Positions 19,859 through 29,321 of a stretch of 64,000 nt of DNA are shown here, piece by piece. The stretch is taken from positions 371,805-435,804 of IMG/VR virus record IMGVR_UViG_3300028840_001395; one strand, given 5' to 3'. How positions within the stretch are numbered: the first letter of the stretch is position 1; every line of letters begins with the position of its first letter. The position numbers and the translations under genes were made by a program. The notes below the pieces were generated by a model that was not told the origin of the DNA, made no database searches, and saw nothing but the letters and a program-made list of their open reading frames with translations.

Positions 19859-22800
19859 CTAGAGGCTGCTCCGCAGGTGGAAGGTCAGGACGATGTACAG
19901 CAGCGGGAAGACCGGGCTGTAGTACGCCTCGACCTCGGCCACGGTCGGGTCGTCGGGAGCCACGTTGGCCTCGATGCCCGTGTAGGCCGTGATGATGTTC
20001 GCCGCCACCAGCGCCTTGAGCATCATGGACAGGTTGCCCTCGATCTGCGAGAGGACACCCGGCAGGAACTTGATGCCGATGAAGCGGTCGAGGGTGACCC
20101 GAGCCTGGCGCTGCACCTCGTCCGCGATGAGCACGATGGTCGGAACCTTGGTCAGGATGTTCGAGACATCCGTGGTCAGGCCGTGCCGCACCTTGAGGAA
20201 CGGAGGCTGATCCTCGACCACCGTGACGCCGTTGACCGCGAGCTGGTTCTGCTCCACCGCGTCGAGCACCCGAGCAAGCTGGGTGAACCCGACCAGACGC
20301 CGACCCGTCCACGGGGTCGCCACGTCGAAGTTCGGGGACACGACCGAACCCGTGAGCGCCGAGGCGATCATGGGGCCGTCCACCAGGTACTCCTTGGTGT
20401 TGTTCAGGGCGTCCGTCAGAGAGATGGTGGCGATGTCCGGGTACACGAGACGCATCCGGGGGTGCCCCAGAACCTGGGCCAGCGTGACCGCGTTCTCCAC
20501 CAGCGACCCCGCGTTCATGCCGATGATCGAGGTTCGCTCCGACTTGTAGCGGATGCTCGACATGATCTCGTTCGACTTCTTGAGGTACTGGTCAAGCTCG
20601 GTCGAATCGCCCCGCAGCGGCGTGATCATGTCGGGCTTGGCCTGGCCGGGCAGCGTGCCCTCCAGTTCATCGATGGCGTCCCGGTAGCTGGCCAGGGAGG
20701 CGTAGTTGCTCCCCTCCGCCCGCTGAACCTGGGTGATGCCCACCAGAATCGCACCGTTGAGGATGCTCAGGTAGGACGCGAGCGAGACCGGGTTGTCCGG
20801 GCTCACGACACCGTAGGCTTCCTCGATGGCTGCCATCTTGGTGAAGAAGGCCGTCCCGAAGTTCTGCTTCGTGTACGTGTAGGACACGTAGTAGAGGTCA
20901 CCGACGCTGGGCTCCAGACCACCGCGCTCGAAGGTCGAGACGATGGCCGTGTCACCCACGCCCACGTTCGCCGTGTTGGACACCCGCATGTCCAGCCCGT
21001 TGATGGCGTTGTGCGGGATGTTCGCGTCCGTCACGAAGGTCTTGCTCACGTTGATGCGGAACGTGGCGTTGCTACCCGTGGGGTAGGAAGTCCACGGCCC
21101 GGTCTGGTTGTCCGCCCAGTTGCGCGGGAGGATGGTGAAGGTCAGGCCCGTCACCGCATCCCGGTAGGTCTGTCCGACCACGCCGTCCTGGCCCACACCG
21201 TCGTTGAGGATCGAGGTGTTGGCCGACCCGGAGCCGTTGGCCACGTTGGAGACCACGAAGAAGCCGTCCAGGGCGTTCTCTCCCGTGGCTCCGTCACCAC
21301 TCTGGGCGTTGAGCCCGGTGAACGGGACGAGGGCGCTGTCGATGCTCTGGAAGGTGTCCCGCACCTCGATGCTGGAACCCTGGCCCAAGTCCCCGACCAG
21401 CGTGGGGGCATCCTGGAGATAGAGGAACTCCTTGCCAGTCTCGTCCTCCTCGACCGAGGCGATACCGACCGCAGCGAACAGGGCAGGCTGCGAGGCCGTG
21501 AAGTCGAGCAGCCAGGTGGCGAAGATGGCGGTACGGGAGGCCATGAGCGCCCCTGCCGTGGTCGCCGCCGGGACGGTGTTGCGAAGCGAAGTCGAGCCCG
21601 AGATGAACCCGAGGACGCCGTTGGCGCTCTCCTCACCGATGACGATGCGAGCCGACTCGTTGAACTGCCGTCCCGTGATCCGAATACCGGCACCTTCCTG
21701 CCGGACCATGCCCTCCGCGAACACAGAACCAGGCCCGCTCCAAGGCTGACCCGGAACCGTTCCCATCGCGTCGATGATCTGATCCATGACGGAGCCGTTG
21801 CCCGTCCCCGTCGCCGGGCCGAGGTCGGTCGCGTTGCCCGTGCCCGAGGCGGTGAATGTGACGTTCACGGGAACGCCGTCCACCTCGAAGGAGAACTTGT
21901 TGTTGGCTGCCCGCGTCCCGGAGCCATCGTAGAAGGTGACCTGGGGCTGTCCGTTGACCGCATTCTGGCCACCGGAGAAGCCCACAGAGCCCTTCGCCGT
22001 CGCCGCCTGCACGGTTGCCGCCCCCGCAGCGTAGGCCACGTCACCCGTCGAGAGAGCGGCCTTGGTGTTGCCCGCCTTGACCTCGACGTTGCCGAAGCTC
22101 TCGATGAAGTGGTGGGTCATCGTGCTGTTGGCCCCACCGCCCGGCAGGAGCCGGTTCCGCATGATGAGCCGGTCGAAGTTCTTGTTCGGCGGACCCAGAG
22201 CGGGAACCTCGTAGGTCTTGGCGACCGGCCCCTGGAGCAGAGCCGCCTGGCCCCCACCCACGGAAGCCGCACCATCGAAGCCCGCCAGAACCGCGAAGTC
22301 CGTGGCGAGACCACCGGCAGCGTTGACCACCTGGATGAAGCCCGAGGAGTCCACGCCCGGAAGCTGGAGGCGAAGCTCCAACTGGGCCGAGGAGTTGGCC
22401 ACGCACTCGACGCGCAGCCCAGCGTGGTTCGGGCTGCCCGGAACCGCAGCGGCGATGGCCGCGTCGATCTGGGTCTGAACCTCAGCGGCCAGCAGGATGC
22501 TGGTGCCGTAGGTGCCCGGAGTCAGCGTGATGTTCAGCGGAAGCACGCCGGACGTGTCACCCGTGTAGGTGATGGTCATGTCATCGAAGGCCCCACCCAC
22601 GACGGTCACGGGGGCATCGAAGGTCGTCGCACCCGGCATGGCACTCCGGGCGTCCGGCTTGAAGATGTAGTAGGGGTCGCCCGCCTGGATCGCGCCACCG
22701 GCCCAGTTGCCGGACACGGTGGCCTGGCCCGTGGTGCCGTCGTAGCTGGTCACGTCGAGGTACTGGCCCGCCGTGGCTGCCGCCGCCCCGTTGCCGACCA

Positions 22801-25165
22801 CGACCCGCCAGTTGAGGTAGGCATCGTCCACGTTCGAGCGCACCGTCGCGTCGAGGGTGATGGTGTTCACCGCTCCACCGTCCGCCGTGCTCTGGTGGCC
22901 CGACGCGGCCTCGTTGATGGCCGCTGCGAAGAAGGCGATGGTCTGGTTGGTCTGGTTCGCGGAGGTCTTCACATCCACGTCCGAACCGTCGATCCCGAGG
23001 TAGACCTGCTCCGAAGCGGTGATGTCGTAGGCCTGACCCGACACGGCGACGGTGCCGCCTGTGTAGACCACCTCGTCACCGACCAGCGAGCCAAAGAAGC
23101 CGCCGTCATGGGCCGGGGAGGGGTTGTCCAGGTCGAGGCCCACGCTCGTGGTCACGTCGATCCCGTGAACCAGGACGCGGAGCCGGTCGGAGTGATCCTT
23201 GATGAACTCGTAGGGTCCGCCGCCGGGCACCGAGTACTTGGCCGGAGTGGCTACGCGGCTGGCGAACTGGACGGTGACGATCTCCTCGATGGGGCCGTCG
23301 AAGGAGGTGCCACTGACGGACTCGAAGCGGAGGTCAGGCGACAGCTCGGAACCGCTCGGGAACTCGATGGTGACGCCGTTGAGGGCCGTGCCCTTGGTGC
23401 CCGTGCTGAAGAAGGCCCCGTAGACATCGTTGTTGCCCTTGTCCTGGATCGTGTAGGTGCCCGTGCCCGACACGCCCGCGATCTGGCACGTCAGGGTGAA
23501 CTCGTTGTCCGTCAGCAGGTTGTAGTACTGCGTGGCGTAGACGGTTGCACCCGGATCGATGGGCGCGGCCAGGGAGATCACGTTGCCCTCGACCTTGAGC
23601 ACCTCGACCCGGCCCCGCTCCAGAGCATCCTGGACGCTGAAGCCCCAGTAGGCCCAGACGACATCGGGCCGGTTGGTCGGCAGGTCGATGCGGCTGTTGC
23701 TCACCGTCTGGAAGAGGCTCTGACCCAGCGGGGTGTCGCGCCCGTTGCCCAGCGTCGGCTGGAAGGCAAGCTGGAACTCGGTCCGGCTGTCCGTGGCCAC
23801 GCCGCCGCTGCTGGTGACGACCGGGGTGCATTCCGAGAGGAAGGTCCGGTTGTCGATGAGCGTCCCCGACACCTGGGTCTCATCGAAGAACTCGGAGCCC
23901 TGGGTGTTGGTGCCGGACTCGACCGTCCAGGCCGTGCCCCACATGATCTTGTCGTTCTGGAGGATGAAGTCCGCCTCCTCCGTGTAGGAGGTGGAACCGG
24001 GGGCATCGCCGCACCGCTCGACGCTGGTGACGTTGATGTGCGCCAGGTAGTCGAACGTGTCCTGCCAGGTGTTGAAGTAGTACTGGATGGTGACGGTCGC
24101 TCCCGCTTCGGGGGCCACGGGCAGGGTGACCGCCCGTGTCGTGCCGTCCACCGCCACGGGGATGACCTGGGTGCCGTCCACCTTGACGGTGACGTGGGAC
24201 GGGTCGGTGGTGGTCACACCACCGTTGGAGCCGTCCACGATGGGACCCTGGAAGGTGTAGAAGGTCGCCACGCGGTTGTCGGCCTGGCCCGACACGAGCC
24301 CCAGCGGCCCGTTGGCCGTCCCGTTCTTGATGACGATGCTGTGGTCGGCGTTGAGTTGCAGAGCGGACTGACCGTAGTGGTTGCCGAAGGTCGAACCCGT
24401 GAGGGTCTCGGCCTGGGCTGCCGTGATCGCCGCTGCCACCTGGGCCATCGTGTAGTTCGTGCGGGGCGGGATGGTGATGGTGGTCTCGGTGCCGTCCACG
24501 ATCAGTTCGAGCGTGTTGTTGTTCTCCACGATCACGACACCCTCGTCGTTGAGGATGTCACCGTGGAGGTCGAGCACCTGGGAACCACCCACGCTGCCGG
24601 GCGAGTCGGCGTCGTAGATGCCGGTCTGGCCCCGAACCACGGCGGGGTCGGGGTCCACCTGGTCACTCAGATCGTCGGTGATCAGGGTGTCCGTCCGGTT
24701 GAAGAAGTACGTGCAGCGCACCTCATCGCCGGTCTTGGGCGGCTGGGCGAGCTGAACGATGCCTGTCGCCCCGGTCACTCCCAGAACCACGATGGGGTCA
24801 CCGTTGATGGTGACCGTCACGTCCGTCCGGTTGTTGGTCGTGGTACCGGTGCCGTCGCCGGAGACGATGGGGAAGTTCCGGACCTGGAACTTGTCCAGCT
24901 TGCCGTTGAAGTCACCCCGAGTCACGACCCCCGTGGCCGAGATGCTGACCACGGCCCGACCTGTTTCGTCCTCGCTGGGGACTCGCTGATCCACCGAGGA
25001 CGAGGAGCCACGAACGACCTCCAAGTCCTGCTGGAACAGCTCCTCGTTGCCCTCACCAATGAAGACCGGGATCTTCAGGGCATCGATGGCACCAGCCAGG
25101 GGGTTCTCGAACAGGGTCTTGGTGTAGGCACCGGGGGGTGCATACTGTGCGCCCGGAAAAGCCAT
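19859..25165 (-). CDS. Contractile tail sheath protein with large insertions
   Basis: 1768 aa. N-terminal PGAYTKT. C-terminal sheath core (RMRLVYP, EQNQLAVNGV, VRHGLTT, FIGIKFL, YYSPVFPLLYIVLTF). G/T/A/V-rich beta inserts. Confidence 0.85.
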   Translation of the reverse strand: MAFPGAQYAPPGAYTKTLFENPLAGAIDALKIPVFIGEGNEELFQQDLEVVRGSSSSVDQRVPSEDETGRAVVSISATGVVTRGDFNGKLDKFQVRNFPIVSGDGTGTTTNNRTDVTVTINGDPIVVLGVTGATGIVQLAQPPKTGDEVRCTYFFNRTDTLITDDLSDQVDPDPAVVRGQTGIYDADSPGSVGGSQVLDLHGDILNDEGVVIVENNNTLELIVDGTETTITIPPRTNYTMAQVAAAITAAQAETLTGSTFGNHYGQSALQLNADHSIVIKNGTANGPLGLVSGQADNRVATFYTFQGPIVDGSNGGVTTTDPSHVTVKVDGTQVIPVAVDGTTRAVTLPVAPEAGATVTIQYYFNTWQDTFDYLAHINVTSVERCGDAPGSTSYTEEADFILQNDKIMWGTAWTVESGTNTQGSEFFDETQVSGTLIDNRTFLSECTPVVTSSGGVATDSRTEFQLAFQPTLGNGRDTPLGQSLFQTVSNSRIDLPTNRPDVVWAYWGFSVQDALERGRVEVLKVEGNVISLAAPIDPGATVYATQYYNLLTDNEFTLTCQIAGVSGTGTYTIQDKGNNDVYGAFFSTGTKGTALNGVTIEFPSGSELSPDLRFESVSGTSFDGPIEEIVTVQFASRVATPAKYSVPGGGPYEFIKDHSDRLRVLVHGIDVTTSVGLDLDNPSPAHDGGFFGSLVGDEVVYTGGTVAVSGQAYDITASEQVYLGIDGSDVDVKTSANQTNQTIAFFAAAINEAASGHQSTADGGAVNTITLDATVRSNVDDAYLNWRVVVGNGAAAATAGQYLDVTSYDGTTGQATVSGNWAGGAIQAGDPYYIFKPDARSAMPGATTFDAPVTVVGGAFDDMTITYTGDTSGVLPLNITLTPGTYGTSILLAAEVQTQIDAAIAAAVPGSPNHAGLRVECVANSSAQLELRLQLPGVDSSGFIQVVNAAGGLATDFAVLAGFDGAASVGGGQAALLQGPVAKTYEVPALGPPNKNFDRLIMRNRLLPGGGANSTMTHHFIESFGNVEVKAGNTKAALSTGDVAYAAGAATVQAATAKGSVGFSGGQNAVNGQPQVTFYDGSGTRAANNKFSFEVDGVPVNVTFTASGTGNATDLGPATGTGNGSVMDQIIDAMGTVPGQPWSGPGSVFAEGMVRQEGAGIRITGRQFNESARIVIGEESANGVLGFISGSTSLRNTVPAATTAGALMASRTAIFATWLLDFTASQPALFAAVGIASVEEDETGKEFLYLQDAPTLVGDLGQGSSIEVRDTFQSIDSALVPFTGLNAQSGDGATGENALDGFFVVSNVANGSGSANTSILNDGVGQDGVVGQTYRDAVTGLTFTILPRNWADNQTGPWTSYPTGSNATFRINVSKTFVTDANIPHNAINGLDMRVSNTANVGVGDTAIVSTFERGGLEPSVGDLYYVSYTYTKQNFGTAFFTKMAAIEEAYGVVSPDNPVSLASYLSILNGAILVGITQVQRAEGSNYASLASYRDAIDELEGTLPGQAKPDMITPLRGDSTELDQYLKKSNEIMSSIRYKSERTSIIGMNAGSLVENAVTLAQVLGHPRMRLVYPDIATISLTDALNNTKEYLVDGPMIASALTGSVVSPNFDVATPWTGRRLVGFTQLARVLDAVEQNQLAVNGVTVVEDQPPFLKVRHGLTTDVSNILTKVPTIVLIADEVQRQARVTLDRFIGIKFLPGVLSQIEGNLSMMLKALVAANIITAYTGIEANVAPDDPTVAEVEAYYSPVFPLLYIVLTFHLRSSL

Positions 25166-25169
25166 TTTT

Positions 25170-25330
25170 CCACCTCTCAGGTCGGTTGCAGCTCAACTTC
25201 CCGTGTGTCGGTCCGTCTTTCTGTCCCCATTTGACCTTCCGCCCCGAAGGGAGGAGGAAGCGAGCAGCCCAAGAGGTGTGTCGTACTATCTAGCCGTCCA
25301 CATCTATCCAGCCCGGAGGCTCGGTTTCTC
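25170..25330 (-). promoter_or_regulatory. Long 5' leader of the tail sheath gene
   Basis: Non-coding. CACCTCT can pair with the SD-containing AGAGGTG. Shares GGATAGATG, GCTAGATAG, GGTCRAATGG, GGACAGA and TTGAGCTG with the 13740-13950 leader. Confidence 0.45.
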
Positions 25331-25368
25331 TGATACAGGGAACTTATCAACTCATTATCGAGGGAGGG

Positions 25369-25833
25369 TCAGGAAGATTCGGTTGAGGCTTTCTCCCTAA
25401 CCCGTTCCCGGAAGGTCTTCATCGCCAGGCTGTTGATGTTGTTCGCCCGGTCGTGAACTCCCCGTTCTTCCTTGGAAAGAACCCGATAGTCGCCGTCCGG
25501 CAGACGGGACAGATCCTCGGGATCCACTTCGGGATTGTCCCGCAAGATCCCCCGCTTCCGGGCTACCCGCTCCCTGACAGCAGCCCAGCCCTTCTTGGCC
25601 GAAGCCCCGATGGCCCGGTCTGCCACCACGTCAATCGAGGACACGCCGGTATTCTGGGGTTGGGGGAGCCCGTCAGTCTCCTGGTTGAACACCCCACCGA
25701 CCCCTTGTGGGAGGTGGCGAGGGGCATCTTCACCGCAGCTTCGGCACTTGACGGGCTCCATGTGGGCCTTCATCGAACCCGTGGCCTCGAAGCGCAGACC
25801 GCAGTTCTGGCACTGGTATTCGTAGGTTGGCAT
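25369..25833 (-). CDS. FmdB-like zinc ribbon protein
   Basis: MPTYEYQCQNCG...CRSCG. Paralog of 59626..60003. Confidence 0.8.
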   Translation of the reverse strand: MPTYEYQCQNCGLRFEATGSMKAHMEPVKCRSCGEDAPRHLPQGVGGVFNQETDGLPQPQNTGVSSIDVVADRAIGASAKKGWAAVRERVARKRGILRDNPEVDPEDLSRLPDGDYRVLSKEERGVHDRANNINSLAMKTFRERVREKASTESS

Positions 25834-25841
25834 CTAGACCC

Positions 25842-27041
25842 TCACCGGATGGTCTCGTAGGAATAGCCCCTCCCGCCGAAGAACGGGTCGCTGATGACTT
25901 CGAGCCCAAGGTTCTCCAACATCTTGATATTGGACTGTACCTGGGCGACAGCCTCGTCCGGGAGCCCGGACAGTCGCTGGGCCTCTTGCAGAGTGAGGGG
26001 ATTGGCCTGGCGTAGGAATACGCTGACAGGAAGATGAATCGACCAATCCGCCTGCAAGGTCAACGCGAGCGACGACGTGTAGAAGTAGTCATCCCCGTTC
26101 TCGTCGTACACCTCCTCGGCCTCCCCGCCCAGAGAGAGATCCAGCATCTCGATGCCCTCACTGGACAGATAAGACCGCAGGATACCGTAGAGGTAGATGA
26201 TGGTCTGGTCGGTGATCTCTTCCTGGGCGTCCACGTCCCGGCTCAGAATCTCGATGTCGAAACTCACATCCCAGCGACCACCGTATTCGAGAGCGGCGGG
26301 CTGGCGGAGTTGCTCGACCACCACGGCCATCCGGTCACCCTTCTTGTTCCGGTTCCCGAAGGCCAGGACGACACCGGGGATGGCCGTGTTGTTGGCGTAG
26401 GTCGGATAGAGCCGATGCGGCCCCGTCGAGGGCAGGACATGCCGGTAGTCTGCTGCCAGGTAGCGCCCACCGGACAGGGAGGACTTGAGAATGATCTCCC
26501 CTGTGGGCTTCCCCTGCGCGTCGCGCGTGAGCGTGTACGCGTCCGGTTCGTATAGCTGATACCCAGCAGGCATCTCGAACAGCCGGAGAGTGCCCTCCAA
26601 TGGGGCATTCTGAAGCTGGTAGGTGAGCGCATCCACCTGGGTCGCGTGCTCATTCATGACATCGAGGAGGGGATCCACGTAGAACTCCTCATCCTCGGTC
26701 AGTTCGATGAAGTACACGCCCGGAGCTGACGGAAATGTCCCGTCATTATCCTGGATGGCGACCGCATCTTCCCTAACCCACTCGATAGCTACACCAGGGT
26801 AATTCTTGAACTTTGCCAGGTGGGTGTAGCTCACAACGACGCCGATGTAGTTGTCTGGCGAGAGGGTGAACTGGCTTCCTCCGCCGACCCGGACGATCAT
26901 GCCGTGCTGGGGTCGTTCCTCGAAGGAATACTTGCCCTGGATGTTATGGACGAGATCCTCGTACTTGGGGTGATACTCCCAGTAGCGCCGAAGCTCCATG
27001 ATGAGGCGTCGTTTGAGGGCGGCGGAAAGCTGGAAGTACAC
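25842..27041 (-). CDS. Putative tail completion/terminator (neck) protein
   Basis: 399 aa upstream of sheath. C-terminal WDVSFDIEILSRD...QEEITD pattern resembles tail terminators. Confidence 0.45.
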   Translation of the reverse strand: MYFQLSAALKRRLIMELRRYWEYHPKYEDLVHNIQGKYSFEERPQHGMIVRVGGGSQFTLSPDNYIGVVVSYTHLAKFKNYPGVAIEWVREDAVAIQDNDGTFPSAPGVYFIELTEDEEFYVDPLLDVMNEHATQVDALTYQLQNAPLEGTLRLFEMPAGYQLYEPDAYTLTRDAQGKPTGEIILKSSLSGGRYLAADYRHVLPSTGPHRLYPTYANNTAIPGVVLAFGNRNKKGDRMAVVVEQLRQPAALEYGGRWDVSFDIEILSRDVDAQEEITDQTIIYLYGILRSYLSSEGIEMLDLSLGGEAEEVYDENGDDYFYTSSLALTLQADWSIHLPVSVFLRQANPLTLQEAQRLSGLPDEAVAQVQSNIKMLENLGLEVISDPFFGGRGYSYETIR

Positions 27042-27063
27042 GGTGTCCTCCTACCAGTCGATC

Positions 27064-27078
27064 CTGATAGGCGGATTA
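27064..27078 (-). promoter_or_regulatory. Putative late promoter motif TAA-N5-CTATCAG
   Basis: Copy of the TAR-N5-CTATM motif upstream of the 27041 start. Confidence 0.45.
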
Positions 27079-27312
27079 GTCCCGAAGGAGCTTGGTTGCC
27101 CCGTGGATGACCAGGTACCCCTGACCGCCAAGCAGCATCCCATCCTGACCGTGGAACACGGGACGATGCTGACAGAAATGGACATTGGAGGGATCCATCT
27201 GGAATGCCTCGGATGATGCGTTCCCATCCCCGTCCACGATGTTGAGTACCACCTCTACCTTGCGAAGGGGCTTCTTCAGAGTGGGGAGACCCAGCGCTTC
27301 TTCGATGGACAT
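27076..27312 (-). CDS. Small hypothetical protein, paralog 3 of a tandem triplet
   Basis: RKVEVVL...FQMDPSNVHF..HRPV. Confidence 0.75.
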   Translation of the reverse strand: MSIEEALGLPTLKKPLRKVEVVLNIVDGDGNASSEAFQMDPSNVHFCQHRPVFHGQDGMLLGGQGYLVIHGATKLLRD

Positions 27313-27492
27313 CTATTCCTCCAGGAGCCGCCTGCCGGAGACGGTCAGGAAGGCGTGATCAGCACCGACCGGGCGAGATTCCTCCAGATGAACCTCCGCC
27401 GGATCCATGTTGAAGACATCCTCCTCGGTCTTGTCGTCCTGGTCGGTCGTGCGGATGATCACTTCGATCTTCTTGTAGGGGGTATCGCTCAT
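27313..27492 (-). CDS. Small hypothetical protein, paralog 2 of a tandem triplet
   Basis: Start MSDTPY (27492). KKIEVIIRTTD...FNMDPAEVHL..SRPV. Confidence 0.75.
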   Translation of the reverse strand: MSDTPYKKIEVIIRTTDQDDKTEEDVFNMDPAEVHLEESRPVGADHAFLTVSGRRLLEE

Positions 27493-27731
27493 CACTCCTC
27501 CTCCACAGCCCTGCAACCCGTGATGACCACGAAGGATCGCTTGGCCGGGATCAGTTCCTCGACATTCCCGTCAAGGCCATATCGCTTGTCCACGGGCCGG
27601 TGCTCGTAGAAGCGGACATCCGAAGGATCCATGTTGAACACCGAGTCCTGCACCGTGCCCTCGGCATCCGTGGTACGGATGATGATCTCGATCTTCTGGA
27701 GCGGGGTCTTGATGGGCTTGGGGGTTTCCAT
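27492..27731 (-). CDS. Small hypothetical protein, paralog 1 of a tandem triplet
   Basis: QKIEIIIRTTD...FNMDPSDVRF.EHRPV. Confidence 0.75.
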   Translation of the reverse strand: METPKPIKTPLQKIEIIIRTTDAEGTVQDSVFNMDPSDVRFYEHRPVDKRYGLDGNVEELIPAKRSFVVITGCRAVEEE

Positions 27732-28016
27732 CTAGTCCTCCTTCAAGGCCTTGATCTGCTCCCGCTTCTCACGCCACTCCTCGGGAGTCCACTCCAGCAT
27801 AGAATTGAGAGCCGAGATCTCCGCTGGCAGGGAAGGCTTCCCCTTGAGTATCCGGGCGTCAATCCCGTACCACTTCCAGTCCGCCACGAATCCCAGGTAT
27901 CCGTCGAAGGCGGAGAAAGGCTCCGTGTGGATGCCCTTCTCCTTGAAGTCCGCGATGAGGCGGATGTAGTCCTTGACCGTCTCGACTACCTTGAAGCGGT
28001 CACGAGTGATCTTCAC
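27732..28016 (-). CDS. Hypothetical protein (paralog of adjacent gene)
   Basis: 94 aa. VETVKDYIRLIADFKEKG resembles VSTIEDYLTTLADYKDKG of the next gene. Confidence 0.7.
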   Translation of the reverse strand: MKITRDRFKVVETVKDYIRLIADFKEKGIHTEPFSAFDGYLGFVADWKWYGIDARILKGKPSLPAEISALNSMLEWTPEEWREKREQIKALKED

Positions 28017-28019
28017 CCG

Positions 28020-28298
28020 TTACCTCCCGGCGACCAGCTTGTGCCGCCCCGACTGGGTAGTCAAGAGTTGCCTCGCGGCCTCGGGAGTCTCTCCGAATCG
28101 CTGGGCGACCTCGGGAGAGGGCATCCTCTTCAGCTTGCGAACCGAGAGCCAGTACTCCCGGTCACCCACATGGAATCCGATGCGGAGCCGGAGGGCGTCA
28201 TCGAAGGCCACCACATCCTCACCCTTGTCCTTGTAGTCGGCCAGGGTGGTGAGGTAGTCCTCGATGGTGCTCACCTCGATACTGTGAGTTGTTTCCAT
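28020..28298 (-). CDS. Hypothetical protein (paralog of adjacent gene)
   Basis: 92 aa, translationally coupled to the actin-like gene. Confidence 0.7.
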   Translation of the reverse strand: METTHSIEVSTIEDYLTTLADYKDKGEDVVAFDDALRLRIGFHVGDREYWLSVRKLKRMPSPEVAQRFGETPEAARQLLTTQSGRHKLVAGR

Positions 28299-29321
28299 CT
28301 AGTCCTCCTCGTGCTCCTGCATGGCCTGGACGAGCAGGCCGTAGGCGACCGCGTTCAGCGGCTCCTTGGCGTGGCGGATCTCCGAGACCTCGATGGGGAA
28401 CTTCTTCCGGCGCTGCTCGAAGACCTTGGTGAAGAACTCCATGAATCCTCCGGCCTTGGAAGTCCCGCCGGACACGATCAGGGGGATGGGCTTGGACAGG
28501 GAGAACTCTCCCTCGATCTGCTTGAACCGGGCCGCGATCTGGTCGAGCACCGAGTCGATGAGCGCCTGGTAGTAGAAGGCGATGGCCTGGTGCATCCGGT
28601 CTTGGGGGTTGTTCAGATCCACCCCCTGCTCCTTGGCAGCACAGACACGGGCCTGCTTCGCCCCGATGGACTTGGCAGCCCCCGAGTCGATCCAGTCGCC
28701 GCCCTTGGCCACCGAGAAGGTCAGACCCTCGATGGTGTTGATGGACAGCGCCACGTTGGTCATGCCCGAGCCGAAGCTCATGGCGATACCGGAGAAGCCA
28801 TCCTTGGCGGTCTCGGAGTAGATGATGCCCATGCCCTCGTTGGAGGGGTAGGGCGTGTAGCCGCACTCCTTGACGATCTTCTCGAATACCATCCGGTGAT
28901 AGATGATGTCCTTGTCCGGCTGGTCGATGGGGTCGGCGGGCACCGAGAAGTAGCACGCCTCACCCTCGACCTGTGGAGGCCCGAGAACCTCCTTGATGAG
29001 CAGGCCCAGCACATCGAGGCTCTCCGCCTCGTCCGGGGACACGATGCCCGCCTTGAGGGGCCTCCGGGGGTCACGCCCGAACACGTTGGCGGTCTCCAGG
29101 GCTGCGTCACCCAGAATCAGGATGTCGTCCTCGCGGGCCACGAAGGAAGTGCCCGAGAGCTTGAGCATCTTCTTGGCGTTGGGCGGGAGATCGATGAACA
29201 GATCCCGCATCCGCTTGGTCTCGACACCCTTCGGCCCCCGCCGGGCTGAAACCAGGTTCATCGTGCCGATGTCGAGTCCGATACCGAGGGGAACCGCCAC
29301 CCCGTTTGTCTCTTCGCTCAT
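28299..29321 (-). CDS. Actin-like ATPase, volactin-like family
   Basis: Actin-fold motifs GLDIGTMN (phosphate 1), NEG (connect 1), SFGSGMTN (phosphate 2), GGDWID, SGGTS (adenosine) and AVAYG. PADPID..YH and RRP..G match recalled haloarchaeal volactin motifs. Confidence 0.85.
   Translation of the reverse strand: MSEETNGVAVPLGIGLDIGTMNLVSARRGPKGVETKRMRDLFIDLPPNAKKMLKLSGTSFVAREDDILILGDAALETANVFGRDPRRPLKAGIVSPDEAESLDVLGLLIKEVLGPPQVEGEACYFSVPADPIDQPDKDIIYHRMVFEKIVKECGYTPYPSNEGMGIIYSETAKDGFSGIAMSFGSGMTNVALSINTIEGLTFSVAKGGDWIDSGAAKSIGAKQARVCAAKEQGVDLNNPQDRMHQAIAFYYQALIDSVLDQIAARFKQIEGEFSLSKPIPLIVSGGTSKAGGFMEFFTKVFEQRRKKFPIEVSEIRHAKEPLNAVAYGLLVQAMQEHEED

Noticed and set aside
584-25165. Bacterial extracellular contractile injection system or tailocin
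   Set aside because: Head-tail adaptor/neck genes, homing endonucleases, phage promoter classes and the lack of host housekeeping genes favour a large phage.
19877-25234. 1785-aa plus-strand ORF
   Set aside because: Antisense shadow of the tail sheath caused by strong high-GC codon bias. Unnatural composition and no motifs.
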